Positions 49,326 through 57,407 of a stretch of 64,000 nt of DNA are shown one piece after another. A program made the translations under genes and the position numbers. This DNA is from Bacteroidales bacterium (GTDB lineage: Bacteria; Bacteroidota; Bacteroidia; Bacteroidales; VadinHA17): assembly GCA_036759025.1 (NCBI GenBank), contig DAIOVL010000001.1:123539-187538 (forward strand). The letters run 5' to 3'. Under the pieces are notes generated by a model. The model saw only the letters and a list, made by a program, of their open reading frames with translations. It did no database searches and was not told the origin of the DNA. The stretch's first letter is position 1. Each line of letters begins with the position of its first letter.

Positions 49326-49781
49326 TTACAGCATCAGCTGGTTCATCAGCTGAAACCTTGTGTCACTCAATCTTTGAGATAATGTGACTGCAATTTTTGA
49401 CATTGTTCTAAACCCGAAGCTGCAGTCTTTGTCAATCTCTTCCCTTAGCTTTACAGCGTCGATCGCCAATAATTTTGCAGGAGTTACGGCCATTACCCAT
49501 GCCGTTGCTATAAAGGGTGTGAAAAGTGCCGACCACGAAAAAAACTGACCTTCTTCAATAGTCCCGAGATGTATCCTTTTCTCTTTTGCCAGACTTATTC
49601 CCAGGGAAAGAGTCCCCTCAAGAAGTACTGCTACTTCACTGAGCTTGTCATATTGTTCAAAAAGGACTTCTTTTACAGCGATCTCTTTTATGCAGCTTAT
49701 CGCAGTGAATATTTCAAGCTGCTGGTCGGTGTAATCGTCGAAAAACCTGATTTTCTTAAGATCATCAACTGTAATTTCCAT
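49326..49781 (-). CDS. Stand-alone cyclic-nucleotide-binding-like (Crp effector-domain) protein, no DNA-binding domain
   Basis: 151 aa with the beta-roll pattern FFDDYTDQQLEIF...VLFEQYDKLSEVAVLLEGTLSL...LGTIEEGQFFSWSALF...AWVMAVTPAKLLAIDAVKL. It ends right after the hinge helix, with no HTH. Confidence 0.6.
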   Translation of the reverse strand: MEITVDDLKKIRFFDDYTDQQLEIFTAISCIKEIAVKEVLFEQYDKLSEVAVLLEGTLSLGISLAKEKRIHLGTIEEGQFFSWSALFTPFIATAWVMAVTPAKLLAIDAVKLREEIDKDCSFGFRTMSKIAVTLSQRLSDTRFQLMNQLML

Positions 49782-49803
49782 GACTCAATTTCTTAAAAAT
49801 TAA

Positions 49804-50628
49804 CTAACTCCAAATATCAGGTGTATCCTTCAGTTCGTTGTACGTAAATACGGGACCGTCCTTGCAGACAAAAAATTTCCCCATCATGCAGTGACCGCAT
49901 TTACCCAGTCCGCAGGACATATTCTTTTCCATCGACAGGTAAATTTTATTTTCAGGGTAGCCCATTTCAAGAAGTCTTATTGTGGTGAATTTCATCATAA
50001 CAGGAGGACCGCAGACTACTGCCACTGATTTATCTATATCAATGTGTATCCTGTTGAGCAGGCTTGTCACCACACCAACGGATTCATTCCATTCGTCGTC
50101 AGGCTTGTCGACAGTTCTGAATGTTTCAAATTTATCGATCTTGTTAAGGCGTGCAAAAAGCGGTTTATATACACAGTCGGAGGGTGTTTTGGATCCGTAG
50201 CACAGAGTCACTTTTTCAAGCTTGTCAACAACATGCTCGAGAGCGTAAAGCAACGACCTTATAGGTGCCAGTCCGCAACCTCCTCCAAGTATGAGCACCT
50301 CCTTCCCGAAAAATTTTTCCACCGGGTAGCCTCTTCCGTACGGACCTCTTATCCCCATCAGGTCACCGGGTTTCATGTTGTGCATGTATTCAGTGACATA
50401 ACCTGTTTTCATGACAGTTACCTCAAGCCTGTCGTGAACAAGCGGTGATGAAGATGGTGTGAAGGGAGCTTCCCCGATCCCGTCGACGGCAAGTTCTATG
50501 AATTGTCCGGTATCGAAGAAGAATTCCTTCTCCGGAATCAGGACGAAAGTCTTTATGAGCGGTGATTCGGTAATCACCTCTGTAAGCTCAGCCCTGAGAG
50601 CTTTGTATATGTTCACATCGGCAGGCAT
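49804..50628 (-). CDS. AsrB / sulfhydrogenase gamma (HydG)-like FAD/NAD(P)-binding [2Fe-2S] oxidoreductase subunit
   Basis: FAD motif APFTPSS, NAD(P) motif LGGGCGLAPIRSL, C-terminal [2Fe-2S] CGLGKCGHCMMGKFFVCKDGPVF. Start at MPADVNIY (50628); the ORF extends to 50667. Confidence 0.8.
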   Translation of the reverse strand: MPADVNIYKALRAELTEVITESPLIKTFVLIPEKEFFFDTGQFIELAVDGIGEAPFTPSSSPLVHDRLEVTVMKTGYVTEYMHNMKPGDLMGIRGPYGRGYPVEKFFGKEVLILGGGCGLAPIRSLLYALEHVVDKLEKVTLCYGSKTPSDCVYKPLFARLNKIDKFETFRTVDKPDDEWNESVGVVTSLLNRIHIDIDKSVAVVCGPPVMMKFTTIRLLEMGYPENKIYLSMEKNMSCGLGKCGHCMMGKFFVCKDGPVFTYNELKDTPDIWS

Positions 50629-50638
50629 ATCCGTATTT

Positions 50639-51634
50639 TCATTTAGCCAGTTCCCTGAATATTTCATTCTTGTTTATCTTCCCGATACATGCTTCTATAC
50701 ATCTCCCGCAACCTGTGCAGGCAAGGCCTGAGAATTTGGCAGGTTTCCAGACATATTTGCACATATACCTGTTCCTGAATCTTTTCGGAAGTTCGGAGAG
50801 TGAATCCTCTCCTCCGGCAACACGTTCAAACCCGGGATACTGACAGGCATCCATTTGCTTCACCTTGTGAAAACCGGGTTTGTCGATCAACAGGAAACAG
50901 GTGCAGGTAGGACAAATAGCAGTGCAGGCACCGCATGAAACGCAGCGCTGTGAATGATGGTGCCAGACCTTATCATCGGCATAGTTTACCAGATCACCGG
51001 TCATTCTGTAGTCCGGCAGGCCCTTGTTCATCCTTGTCAGTATCTCTGTGACTTCCCTGTGCCTTGTTTCAATGTAAGAGATTACATCTTTCCCGGTAAC
51101 CTGAACAGCGCTGAAATGAGTTTTTAAAAGCTGTTCGCCCCTTTCCGATAGAATCCTGAGAACAACTTCATCACCTTTCAGAACAATTGCAAGGTCGGCA
51201 ATGGAGTCAGAGTAGGGCATTACATTATAGGTAACACAATGACAGTGTTCAAGAATGTCAAAGCAATCAGAGGCTATGATATATGTATTCTCCCTTTTGT
51301 TCTTGTAATAGATATCCTCAAAGCTGCTGTCAAGATAGATTTCATCAAGAAGACGGAGAGCAGAAACATCACAGTTTGGAACACCGATTATTATCCTTTG
51401 CTTCCCGGGGAGTAAGTCGGCTGTTACATTTTCTTTTACCGGAAGAAAAAATGTCTTTAGAGGGGTCGACGGTTTAGGCTTGTTGTAAACTATCTTACCT
51501 GTATTAGCCTTGTTCACCAGTTCGTATTCAGGCAAATGTCCGTTCTCTGTGGCTGCGTATATACCGAACAGATCTGAGAGTTTTATGAGGTCTGCCTCCC
51601 AATTCTCTCTTTTAATTGAATAATAACTATTCAT
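50639..51634 (-). CDS. AsrA / sulfhydrogenase beta (HydB)-like 4Fe-4S subunit
   Basis: CVSCGACTAICPTCTCF and CTGCGRCIEACIGKIN motifs in the characteristic spacing. Start at MNSYYSIKRE (51634); the ORF extends to 51670. Confidence 0.8.
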   Translation of the reverse strand: MNSYYSIKRENWEADLIKLSDLFGIYAATENGHLPEYELVNKANTGKIVYNKPKPSTPLKTFFLPVKENVTADLLPGKQRIIIGVPNCDVSALRLLDEIYLDSSFEDIYYKNKRENTYIIASDCFDILEHCHCVTYNVMPYSDSIADLAIVLKGDEVVLRILSERGEQLLKTHFSAVQVTGKDVISYIETRHREVTEILTRMNKGLPDYRMTGDLVNYADDKVWHHHSQRCVSCGACTAICPTCTCFLLIDKPGFHKVKQMDACQYPGFERVAGGEDSLSELPKRFRNRYMCKYVWKPAKFSGLACTGCGRCIEACIGKINKNEIFRELAK

Positions 51635-51821
51635 TAATGTGAGATATACGCATATAAAAATATTAAACATATTGCATACATGTCAAGTTAAAATGCAATT
51701 ATTTTTTTCAGTAATTCAGAAGAAAAACATGTAAAAAGCAATAAAACAACTGTTTAAAAAATATTTTTTATTTGAAAATTATTTCTTTAATTTGCAGAAA
51801 GACTATTTAAAATACGATATA

Positions 51822-51839
51822 TTGTGAAAAAGTTCACAA
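51822..51839. promoter_or_regulatory. Rex operator, perfect palindrome TTGTGAA-AAAG-TTCACAA
   Basis: It matches the TTGTGAAnnnnTTCACAA Rex consensus exactly. It overlaps the rex GTG start (51824) and lies 188 nt upstream of the divergent hydrogenase operon start. Confidence 0.75.
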
Positions 51840-52507
51840 AACACACAATAAAGAACAGTCTCAAAAGGATATTTATGTATCGTTCCTGTCTTGTGAGGCT
51901 GAAGATGATAGGAGTGGAAAAGGTATATTCCTACACTCTTGCCGATGAGACAGGTGTCACAGCCGATCAGGTAAGAAAGGATTTCTCTGAATACGGTATC
52001 ACCGGAAATAAAAAAGGAGGCTACGAGGTGAATGATCTGATCGATAAACTTGAGAAGATCTTTCACAGGAACAAAGATCACAATATCGTCCTGATCGGGA
52101 TGGGGAACATCGGCACTTCATTATCGCGCTACAATAATTTTATCCATCGCAACATGAATATTGTTGCAACTTTCGATATTGATCCTTTCAAACAAAAGAC
52201 ACGCTCCGGGATTCCTATTTATTCAATGTCGAGGCTGAAAGAGATAATTGACAGGTTCAGGGTTAAGGTGGCAATAATTGCCGTTCCTGAGATATCAGCC
52301 CAGGAAGTGGCCGACGAACTGATCCAGGCAGGCATAAAGGGAATAATTAATTTCGCACCTGTATTGCTGAAGACTCCCGGAGATATCATCGTGAACAACA
52401 TAAACCTTTGCGATGAGCTCGAAAGCGTAATCTATTATGTGCATAACCAGATGAGATCCTCAGGTGCTAAAAATCTCGAGCTATTATACAGGGGTATGAA
52501 ATATTGA
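51824..52507 (+). CDS. rex: Redox-sensing transcriptional repressor Rex
   Basis: The N-terminal winged helix (IKNSLKRIFMYRSCL ... TADQVRKDFSEYGITGNKKGGYEVNDL) and Rossmann domain (IVLIGMGNIGTSL) follow the Rex pattern. GTG 51824 is the only canonical in-frame start upstream of the first helix. Confidence 0.85.
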   Translation: MKKFTKHTIKNSLKRIFMYRSCLVRLKMIGVEKVYSYTLADETGVTADQVRKDFSEYGITGNKKGGYEVNDLIDKLEKIFHRNKDHNIVLIGMGNIGTSLSRYNNFIHRNMNIVATFDIDPFKQKTRSGIPIYSMSRLKEIIDRFRVKVAIIAVPEISAQEVADELIQAGIKGIINFAPVLLKTPGDIIVNNINLCDELESVIYYVHNQMRSSGAKNLELLYRGMKY

Positions 52508-54738
52508 TAAGAGGACTTGTCCAGGGAGTCGGGTTTCGCCCTTTCATCTACAGGACAGCCCTCAGGTACGGACTCCGTGGCGAAGTCGATAACCGTACCG
52601 ATGGAGTCTCCATTGTTGTTAACAGCGATAAAAACACTCTTGAAAAATTCTGTGACGACATAATCAGAAATGCGCCTCCGGTTGCCAATATAAGATCACT
52701 CAATATAGTCGCCTCAATGGTGCCTCAGTTTGACTCATTCAGGATAGCACCAAGCCGGGTTAATAATGATTATCTGACCGAGGTAAGTCCCGATATAGCT
52801 GTATGCGCCGACTGTCTCTCTGATTTAAACAGCGATCCGCACCTGGAGCAATATCCGCTTGTCAACTGTACCAGCTGCGGGCCGCGTTTCACAATAACCA
52901 GAGAGCTTCCGTACGACCGTCATAATACCAGTATGAAAGATTTTGTGATGTGTCCGGAGTGCGAGGCCCGGTATAACAATATCACCGACAGGCGTTTTCA
53001 TGCACAGCCTGTTTCCTGCAATGTCTGCGGACCTAAATACTTCTTCCATGACACAAATTCCGAATTCACCGATACTGCTCTGATAATCCTCAAAGTCGCA
53101 TCTCTCATTAATTCAGGCAGGACGGTGGCACTGAAAGGGGTAGGAGGTTACCATCTTTGTTGTGACGCTCTTAACGAAGATGCTGTCAGAACATTAAGAC
53201 ATAAAAAGCAAAGAGATGCAAAACCTTTTGCGGTTATGTTCCGCGATATGGCAACTGCAGAAGAATTTTGTATTCTGAATAAAGAGGAAAAGGAAGAACT
53301 TTCATCATGGAGGAGGCCTGTGGTTATAGTTCGCACAAAAAAGAAACTTGCTCCTTCGGTTAACAGCGGACTGTGCAATACAGGTGCAATGCTTCCGTGC
53401 ATGCCGTTTCATTACATGATGTTCAAGGCAATTTCTTCACCTGCCGTGGTTATGACCAGCGGTAATATTTCTGACGAACCGGTAATTACCGATGATGCCG
53501 GGGCGAAGCAGAAACTGGGAAAAATTGCCGACGCTATAGTCAGCTATAACAGGCAAATTATCAACAGGGCTGACGACTCTGTGGTCAGATTCTGCAGCGG
53601 TATGCCCAGTCTGATAAGACGATCACGCGGTTATGTTCCCGGACCTGTATGCCTTTCCTGGCCTGTGGAAGGTATCCTTTCAACAGGAGCCGAACAGAAG
53701 AATTCTTTCTGTCTTGGAAAGGGAAACCAGGCAGTAATGAGCCAGTATATCGGGGATCTTACCGGTGTCGATGTTTATGATTTTTTCAATGAATCAGTGG
53801 ACAGGTTCCGTAAGCTGTTCCATTTCACACCTTCTCTGGTGGCCTGCGACCTCCATCCCGACTATCTTTCAACACGCTATGCAGAAAAACTGAGCACCGG
53901 ACTGGGAATCCCCCTGGTGAAGGTTCAGCATCATCATGCCCATGTTGTTTCATGCATGGCCGAAAACGGAATTGATGAACCGGTCATCGGTGTCAGTCTT
54001 GACGGAACCGGTCTGGGAGCAGATAATACGATATGGGGAGGGGAATTTTTTCTGGCCACCCTCAGTGATTATAAGAGATGCATTTATTTCGACCCTGTTC
54101 CTCTTCCCGGAGGTGATAAGGCAGTAAAGGAACCCTGGAGGACAGCCTGTTCATACCTGTTGAAGTATTTCGGGGAGGGTTTTGATCTTATGTCGGTTCC
54201 TTCACTTTCGACAACAGGCGAAGACAGAATACGCAGTGTTTGTGAAATGATAAAAGGTAACGTTAATGTGCCTCTTTCTTCCGGCGCCGGACGACTGTTT
54301 GATGCTGTGTCGGCACTATTGGGGCTGTGTATGTACGAAACATTTGATTCAGAGGCACCTGTGAGGCTAGAATCAGCTGTGAATGACAATACAGATGATT
54401 ATTATCCCTACGAAATTGACACCCGGGTGATGTTCGGAAGCACTTTCAAAGCAATTCTGTCTGACCTTAGCAAAAAAAATACATCATACATTGCTGCTAA
54501 ATTCCATAACACTGTTGCAAGGCTCATATCGGATGCGGCAACGATCATTAAAAAGGAGAGTTCTGTTAATACCGTGGTACTTTCAGGTGGCGTTTTCCAG
54601 AATATGTGTCTTCTCGAAAAATCTTTATATCTTTTGTCCCGTAAAGGATTCAGGGTATTTACCAATCATCTGGTACCCGCAAATGATGGAGGAATATCAC
54701 TGGGACAACTTGTTACTGCATCAAAATCACGAAACTAA
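52504..54738 (+). CDS. hypF: [NiFe]-hydrogenase maturation carbamoyltransferase HypF
   Basis: Acylphosphatase motif VQGVGFRP, twin zinc fingers (CADCLSDL...CTSCGPRFT; CPECEARY...CNVCGPKY), YrdC-like and Kae1-like domains. TTG start at 52504 (see finding on the N-terminus). Confidence 0.9.
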   Translation: MIRGLVQGVGFRPFIYRTALRYGLRGEVDNRTDGVSIVVNSDKNTLEKFCDDIIRNAPPVANIRSLNIVASMVPQFDSFRIAPSRVNNDYLTEVSPDIAVCADCLSDLNSDPHLEQYPLVNCTSCGPRFTITRELPYDRHNTSMKDFVMCPECEARYNNITDRRFHAQPVSCNVCGPKYFFHDTNSEFTDTALIILKVASLINSGRTVALKGVGGYHLCCDALNEDAVRTLRHKKQRDAKPFAVMFRDMATAEEFCILNKEEKEELSSWRRPVVIVRTKKKLAPSVNSGLCNTGAMLPCMPFHYMMFKAISSPAVVMTSGNISDEPVITDDAGAKQKLGKIADAIVSYNRQIINRADDSVVRFCSGMPSLIRRSRGYVPGPVCLSWPVEGILSTGAEQKNSFCLGKGNQAVMSQYIGDLTGVDVYDFFNESVDRFRKLFHFTPSLVACDLHPDYLSTRYAEKLSTGLGIPLVKVQHHHAHVVSCMAENGIDEPVIGVSLDGTGLGADNTIWGGEFFLATLSDYKRCIYFDPVPLPGGDKAVKEPWRTACSYLLKYFGEGFDLMSVPSLSTTGEDRIRSVCEMIKGNVNVPLSSGAGRLFDAVSALLGLCMYETFDSEAPVRLESAVNDNTDDYYPYEIDTRVMFGSTFKAILSDLSKKNTSYIAAKFHNTVARLISDAATIIKKESSVNTVVLSGGVFQNMCLLEKSLYLLSRKGFRVFTNHLVPANDGGISLGQLVTASKSRN

Positions 54739-54956
54739 TGTGTCTGAGCATTCCGGTACAAATACTGAGCATAGAAGGTGATATGGCTGAAGTGTCGGCA
54801 GGAGGGACGATATTCAGGGCAGGACTTCAGATGATCGGGAATGTATCTCCCGGCGACTATGTCCTCTTGCATGCAGGCTTCGCCATCCAGAAGATCAGTG
54901 AAGAAGAGGCAGAAGAAACACTGAGGATACTGAGAGAGATTGGTGAATCCTCATGA
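54738..54956 (+). CDS. hypC: Hydrogenase assembly chaperone HypC/HupF
   Basis: 72 aa beginning MCLSIPVQI (essential N-terminal Cys). Its start overlaps the hypF stop (TAATG). Confidence 0.9.
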   Translation: MCLSIPVQILSIEGDMAEVSAGGTIFRAGLQMIGNVSPGDYVLLHAGFAIQKISEEEAEETLRILREIGESS

Positions 54957-56053
54957 CAGGTATGAAGTACATTGACGAATTCAGGGATAAAGATCTGGTC
55001 AACAGGGTCAGGCGACAGATTGAAAAAAATGCCACCGGCACTTACACTTTCATGGAGGTCTGTGGAGGCCATACTGCTGCTATACGGAGATTTGGAATAC
55101 CCTCTCTCATTCCATCGTCGATCAGTCTGATCTCAGGCCCCGGATGCCCTGTTTGTGTTACCGGGACTGAGTATATCGACAGGCTTTGTGCCTCTTCATT
55201 AATGGAAAATGTTATTATCACGGTCTTCGGAGATCTTATGAGGATCCCCGGCACCAGGGGAGTATCACTTAAGAAGATGAAACAGGACGGGGCCGATGTG
55301 CGGATCATTTTTTCTTCCCTCGATGCTCTGGATATCGCCCGCAGGGACACAGACAAAACAGTGATCTTCGCAGCCATAGGCTTTGAGACCACTGCCCCCG
55401 GAACAGCAGTTACAATACTTCAGGCATATAAGGAAAAAATTGACAATTTTCTGGTCCTGAGTGCACATAAGATTATGCCGCCGGCTATGGAAACCATACT
55501 CAGACAGGGAACCGGGATAAATGGATTCATCTGTCCGGGCCATGTTTCTGTGATCACCGGTTCGGAAGCTTTTGGGTTCATACCCGAAAATTACGGAACC
55601 GCTTGTGTAATAACCGGATTTGAACCTTCCGACATCCTGTTATCCGTTCTGATGCTGATAGAGCAGGTAAACAGCGGCAAGCCGTCTGTAAGAAACGCTT
55701 ATGGAAGGGCTGTCACCAGTAAGGGAAATCTGATCGCACAGAGGGCTATGGAAGAAGTTTTCAGAATACATGATGCCGAATGGAGAGGTCTGGGAATTAT
55801 TCCGGCGAGCGGACTTTCTCCGATGGGCAAATATGAAAGGTTTGATGCTTCAGTTGTCATTCCTGTTTCCGTAAAACCTTCTTCTGAAACAAACGGTTGC
55901 ATTTGCGGTGAGATACTCAGGGGCCTTAAAAAACCTCCCGAGTGCAAACTCTTTTCAGGGGCATGCACCCCGGAAAATCCTGTAGGGGCATGCATGGTTT
56001 CAGACGAGGGAGCATGCAATGCGTGGTATAAATACGGAGAAATGTATGGATGA
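54953..56053 (+). CDS. hypD: Hydrogenase maturation factor HypD
   Basis: KYIDEFRD N-terminus plus the motifs CGGHT, GPGCPVCV, GFETT and PGHVS. Confidence 0.9.
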   Translation: MTGMKYIDEFRDKDLVNRVRRQIEKNATGTYTFMEVCGGHTAAIRRFGIPSLIPSSISLISGPGCPVCVTGTEYIDRLCASSLMENVIITVFGDLMRIPGTRGVSLKKMKQDGADVRIIFSSLDALDIARRDTDKTVIFAAIGFETTAPGTAVTILQAYKEKIDNFLVLSAHKIMPPAMETILRQGTGINGFICPGHVSVITGSEAFGFIPENYGTACVITGFEPSDILLSVLMLIEQVNSGKPSVRNAYGRAVTSKGNLIAQRAMEEVFRIHDAEWRGLGIIPASGLSPMGKYERFDASVVIPVSVKPSSETNGCICGEILRGLKKPPECKLFSGACTPENPVGACMVSDEGACNAWYKYGEMYG

Positions 56054-57053
56054 ATTTATCACAATGGATCATGGTGCAGGAGGTCGCAGGACACAGGAAC
56101 TGATCAAATCCCTGTTCGCTGCCAGTTTCGGAATGGAGATGCCTCTGACCGATTCTTCAGTGCAGGGTTTTTTTGACGGCTCCCTTGCCTTTACCACCGA
56201 TTCCTATGTTGTTGATCCAATATTTTTCCCGGGAGGAGATATCGGAAAGATGGCTGTGTGCGGTACAGTTAACGATCTGGCCGTTTCAGGAGCTGATCCG
56301 AAGTTCCTGTCAGTCTCATTCATTATCGAAGAGGGATTTAAATTGAACCTTCTTGAGAAAATAGTCATCTCCATGGCCTGTGAAGCCCAAAATGCCGGAG
56401 TGAGGATTGTAACAGGCGATACCAAGGTTGTCGAAAAAGGTAAATGTGACGGAATTTTTATCACCACCTCAGGGACAGGTGTTATAAAGAGCGACCGTAC
56501 CGATACAGGAAAAGGAATCAATGTGCGTACAGGTGACTGGCTGATCGTGAACGGCTCTCTCGGAAACCATTCAATAGCAGTTTTAGGAAGTCGCAAAGGC
56601 CTGAGTTTTACTACTACCGTGGAATCAGATTGTACTTCGCTTAATCACCTTATTGAAAATGTTTTTCAGTCAGGGGCCAGGGTAAGCTTCATGCGCGATC
56701 TTACAAGAGGTGGCCTTGCCGGAGTTCTTAATGAGCTTGTAGAGATGACAGGAAAAAGTATTGTCGTGGACGAGGCTTCGGTTCCTGTCGATGAGCCCGT
56801 GAGAGGTGCCTGTGAGATGCTGGGATTTGATCCCCTATATCTGGCTAACGAAGGTAAACTACTGATCGTCGCCCCTGAGTATGATGCTGAGATGATAATT
56901 AATACTCTCAGATCACATCCCGCAGGAAGCAATGCTGCCGTCATCGGCGAGGTTGTATCAGGCACCAAACCCATTGTGGTGGCACGCACTGTTACGGGCG
57001 GGAAACGGATACTTGATGTACCTTCCGGGTTGCAGTTACCCAGAATTTGTTAA
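56046..57053 (+). CDS. hypE: Hydrogenase maturation factor HypE
   Basis: AIR-synthase-like fold with the C-terminal ...LPRIC motif (carbamoyl/cyano-carrying Cys). The ATG at 56046 overlaps the hypD stop (ATGGATGA). Confidence 0.9.
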   Translation: MDEFITMDHGAGGRRTQELIKSLFAASFGMEMPLTDSSVQGFFDGSLAFTTDSYVVDPIFFPGGDIGKMAVCGTVNDLAVSGADPKFLSVSFIIEEGFKLNLLEKIVISMACEAQNAGVRIVTGDTKVVEKGKCDGIFITTSGTGVIKSDRTDTGKGINVRTGDWLIVNGSLGNHSIAVLGSRKGLSFTTTVESDCTSLNHLIENVFQSGARVSFMRDLTRGGLAGVLNELVEMTGKSIVVDEASVPVDEPVRGACEMLGFDPLYLANEGKLLIVAPEYDAEMIINTLRSHPAGSNAAVIGEVVSGTKPIVVARTVTGGKRILDVPSGLQLPRIC

Positions 57054-57063
57054 AGAATACAAT

Positions 57064-57405
57064 ATGCATGAATTAAGGATCGCTGAAGACCTGTTGGGCA
57101 TTGTCACGGAAGTTGCTGCGGAGAAGGGACTGAAGAAGGTCACAAAGGTGAATGTAAGTCTGGGAAAGCTCGTTCAGATCGTGCCCGGCCTGCTCGAAAC
57201 AGCTTTTAATGAGGCAGCATCCGGGTCGGTGGCCGAAGGTGCATCAATAAATATTGAAACAGTGCCTGTAAGGCTGGAATGCAGAATCTGCGGCACAGAA
57301 TTTATGCCTGATGGGAATAGTTTTGAGTGTCCCGAATGCCGGCTTTCAGATATTGATATAAAAAATGGTAATGAATTGTTTATTAACAGTATAGAAGGAG
57401 AGTGA
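57064..57405 (+). CDS. hypA: Hydrogenase nickel insertion protein HypA
   Basis: Starts MHE (Ni site) and has the zinc motif CRICG...CPEC. Length is 113 aa. Confidence 0.9.
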   Translation: MHELRIAEDLLGIVTEVAAEKGLKKVTKVNVSLGKLVQIVPGLLETAFNEAASGSVAEGASINIETVPVRLECRICGTEFMPDGNSFECPECRLSDIDIKNGNELFINSIEGE

Positions 57406-57407
57406 AA

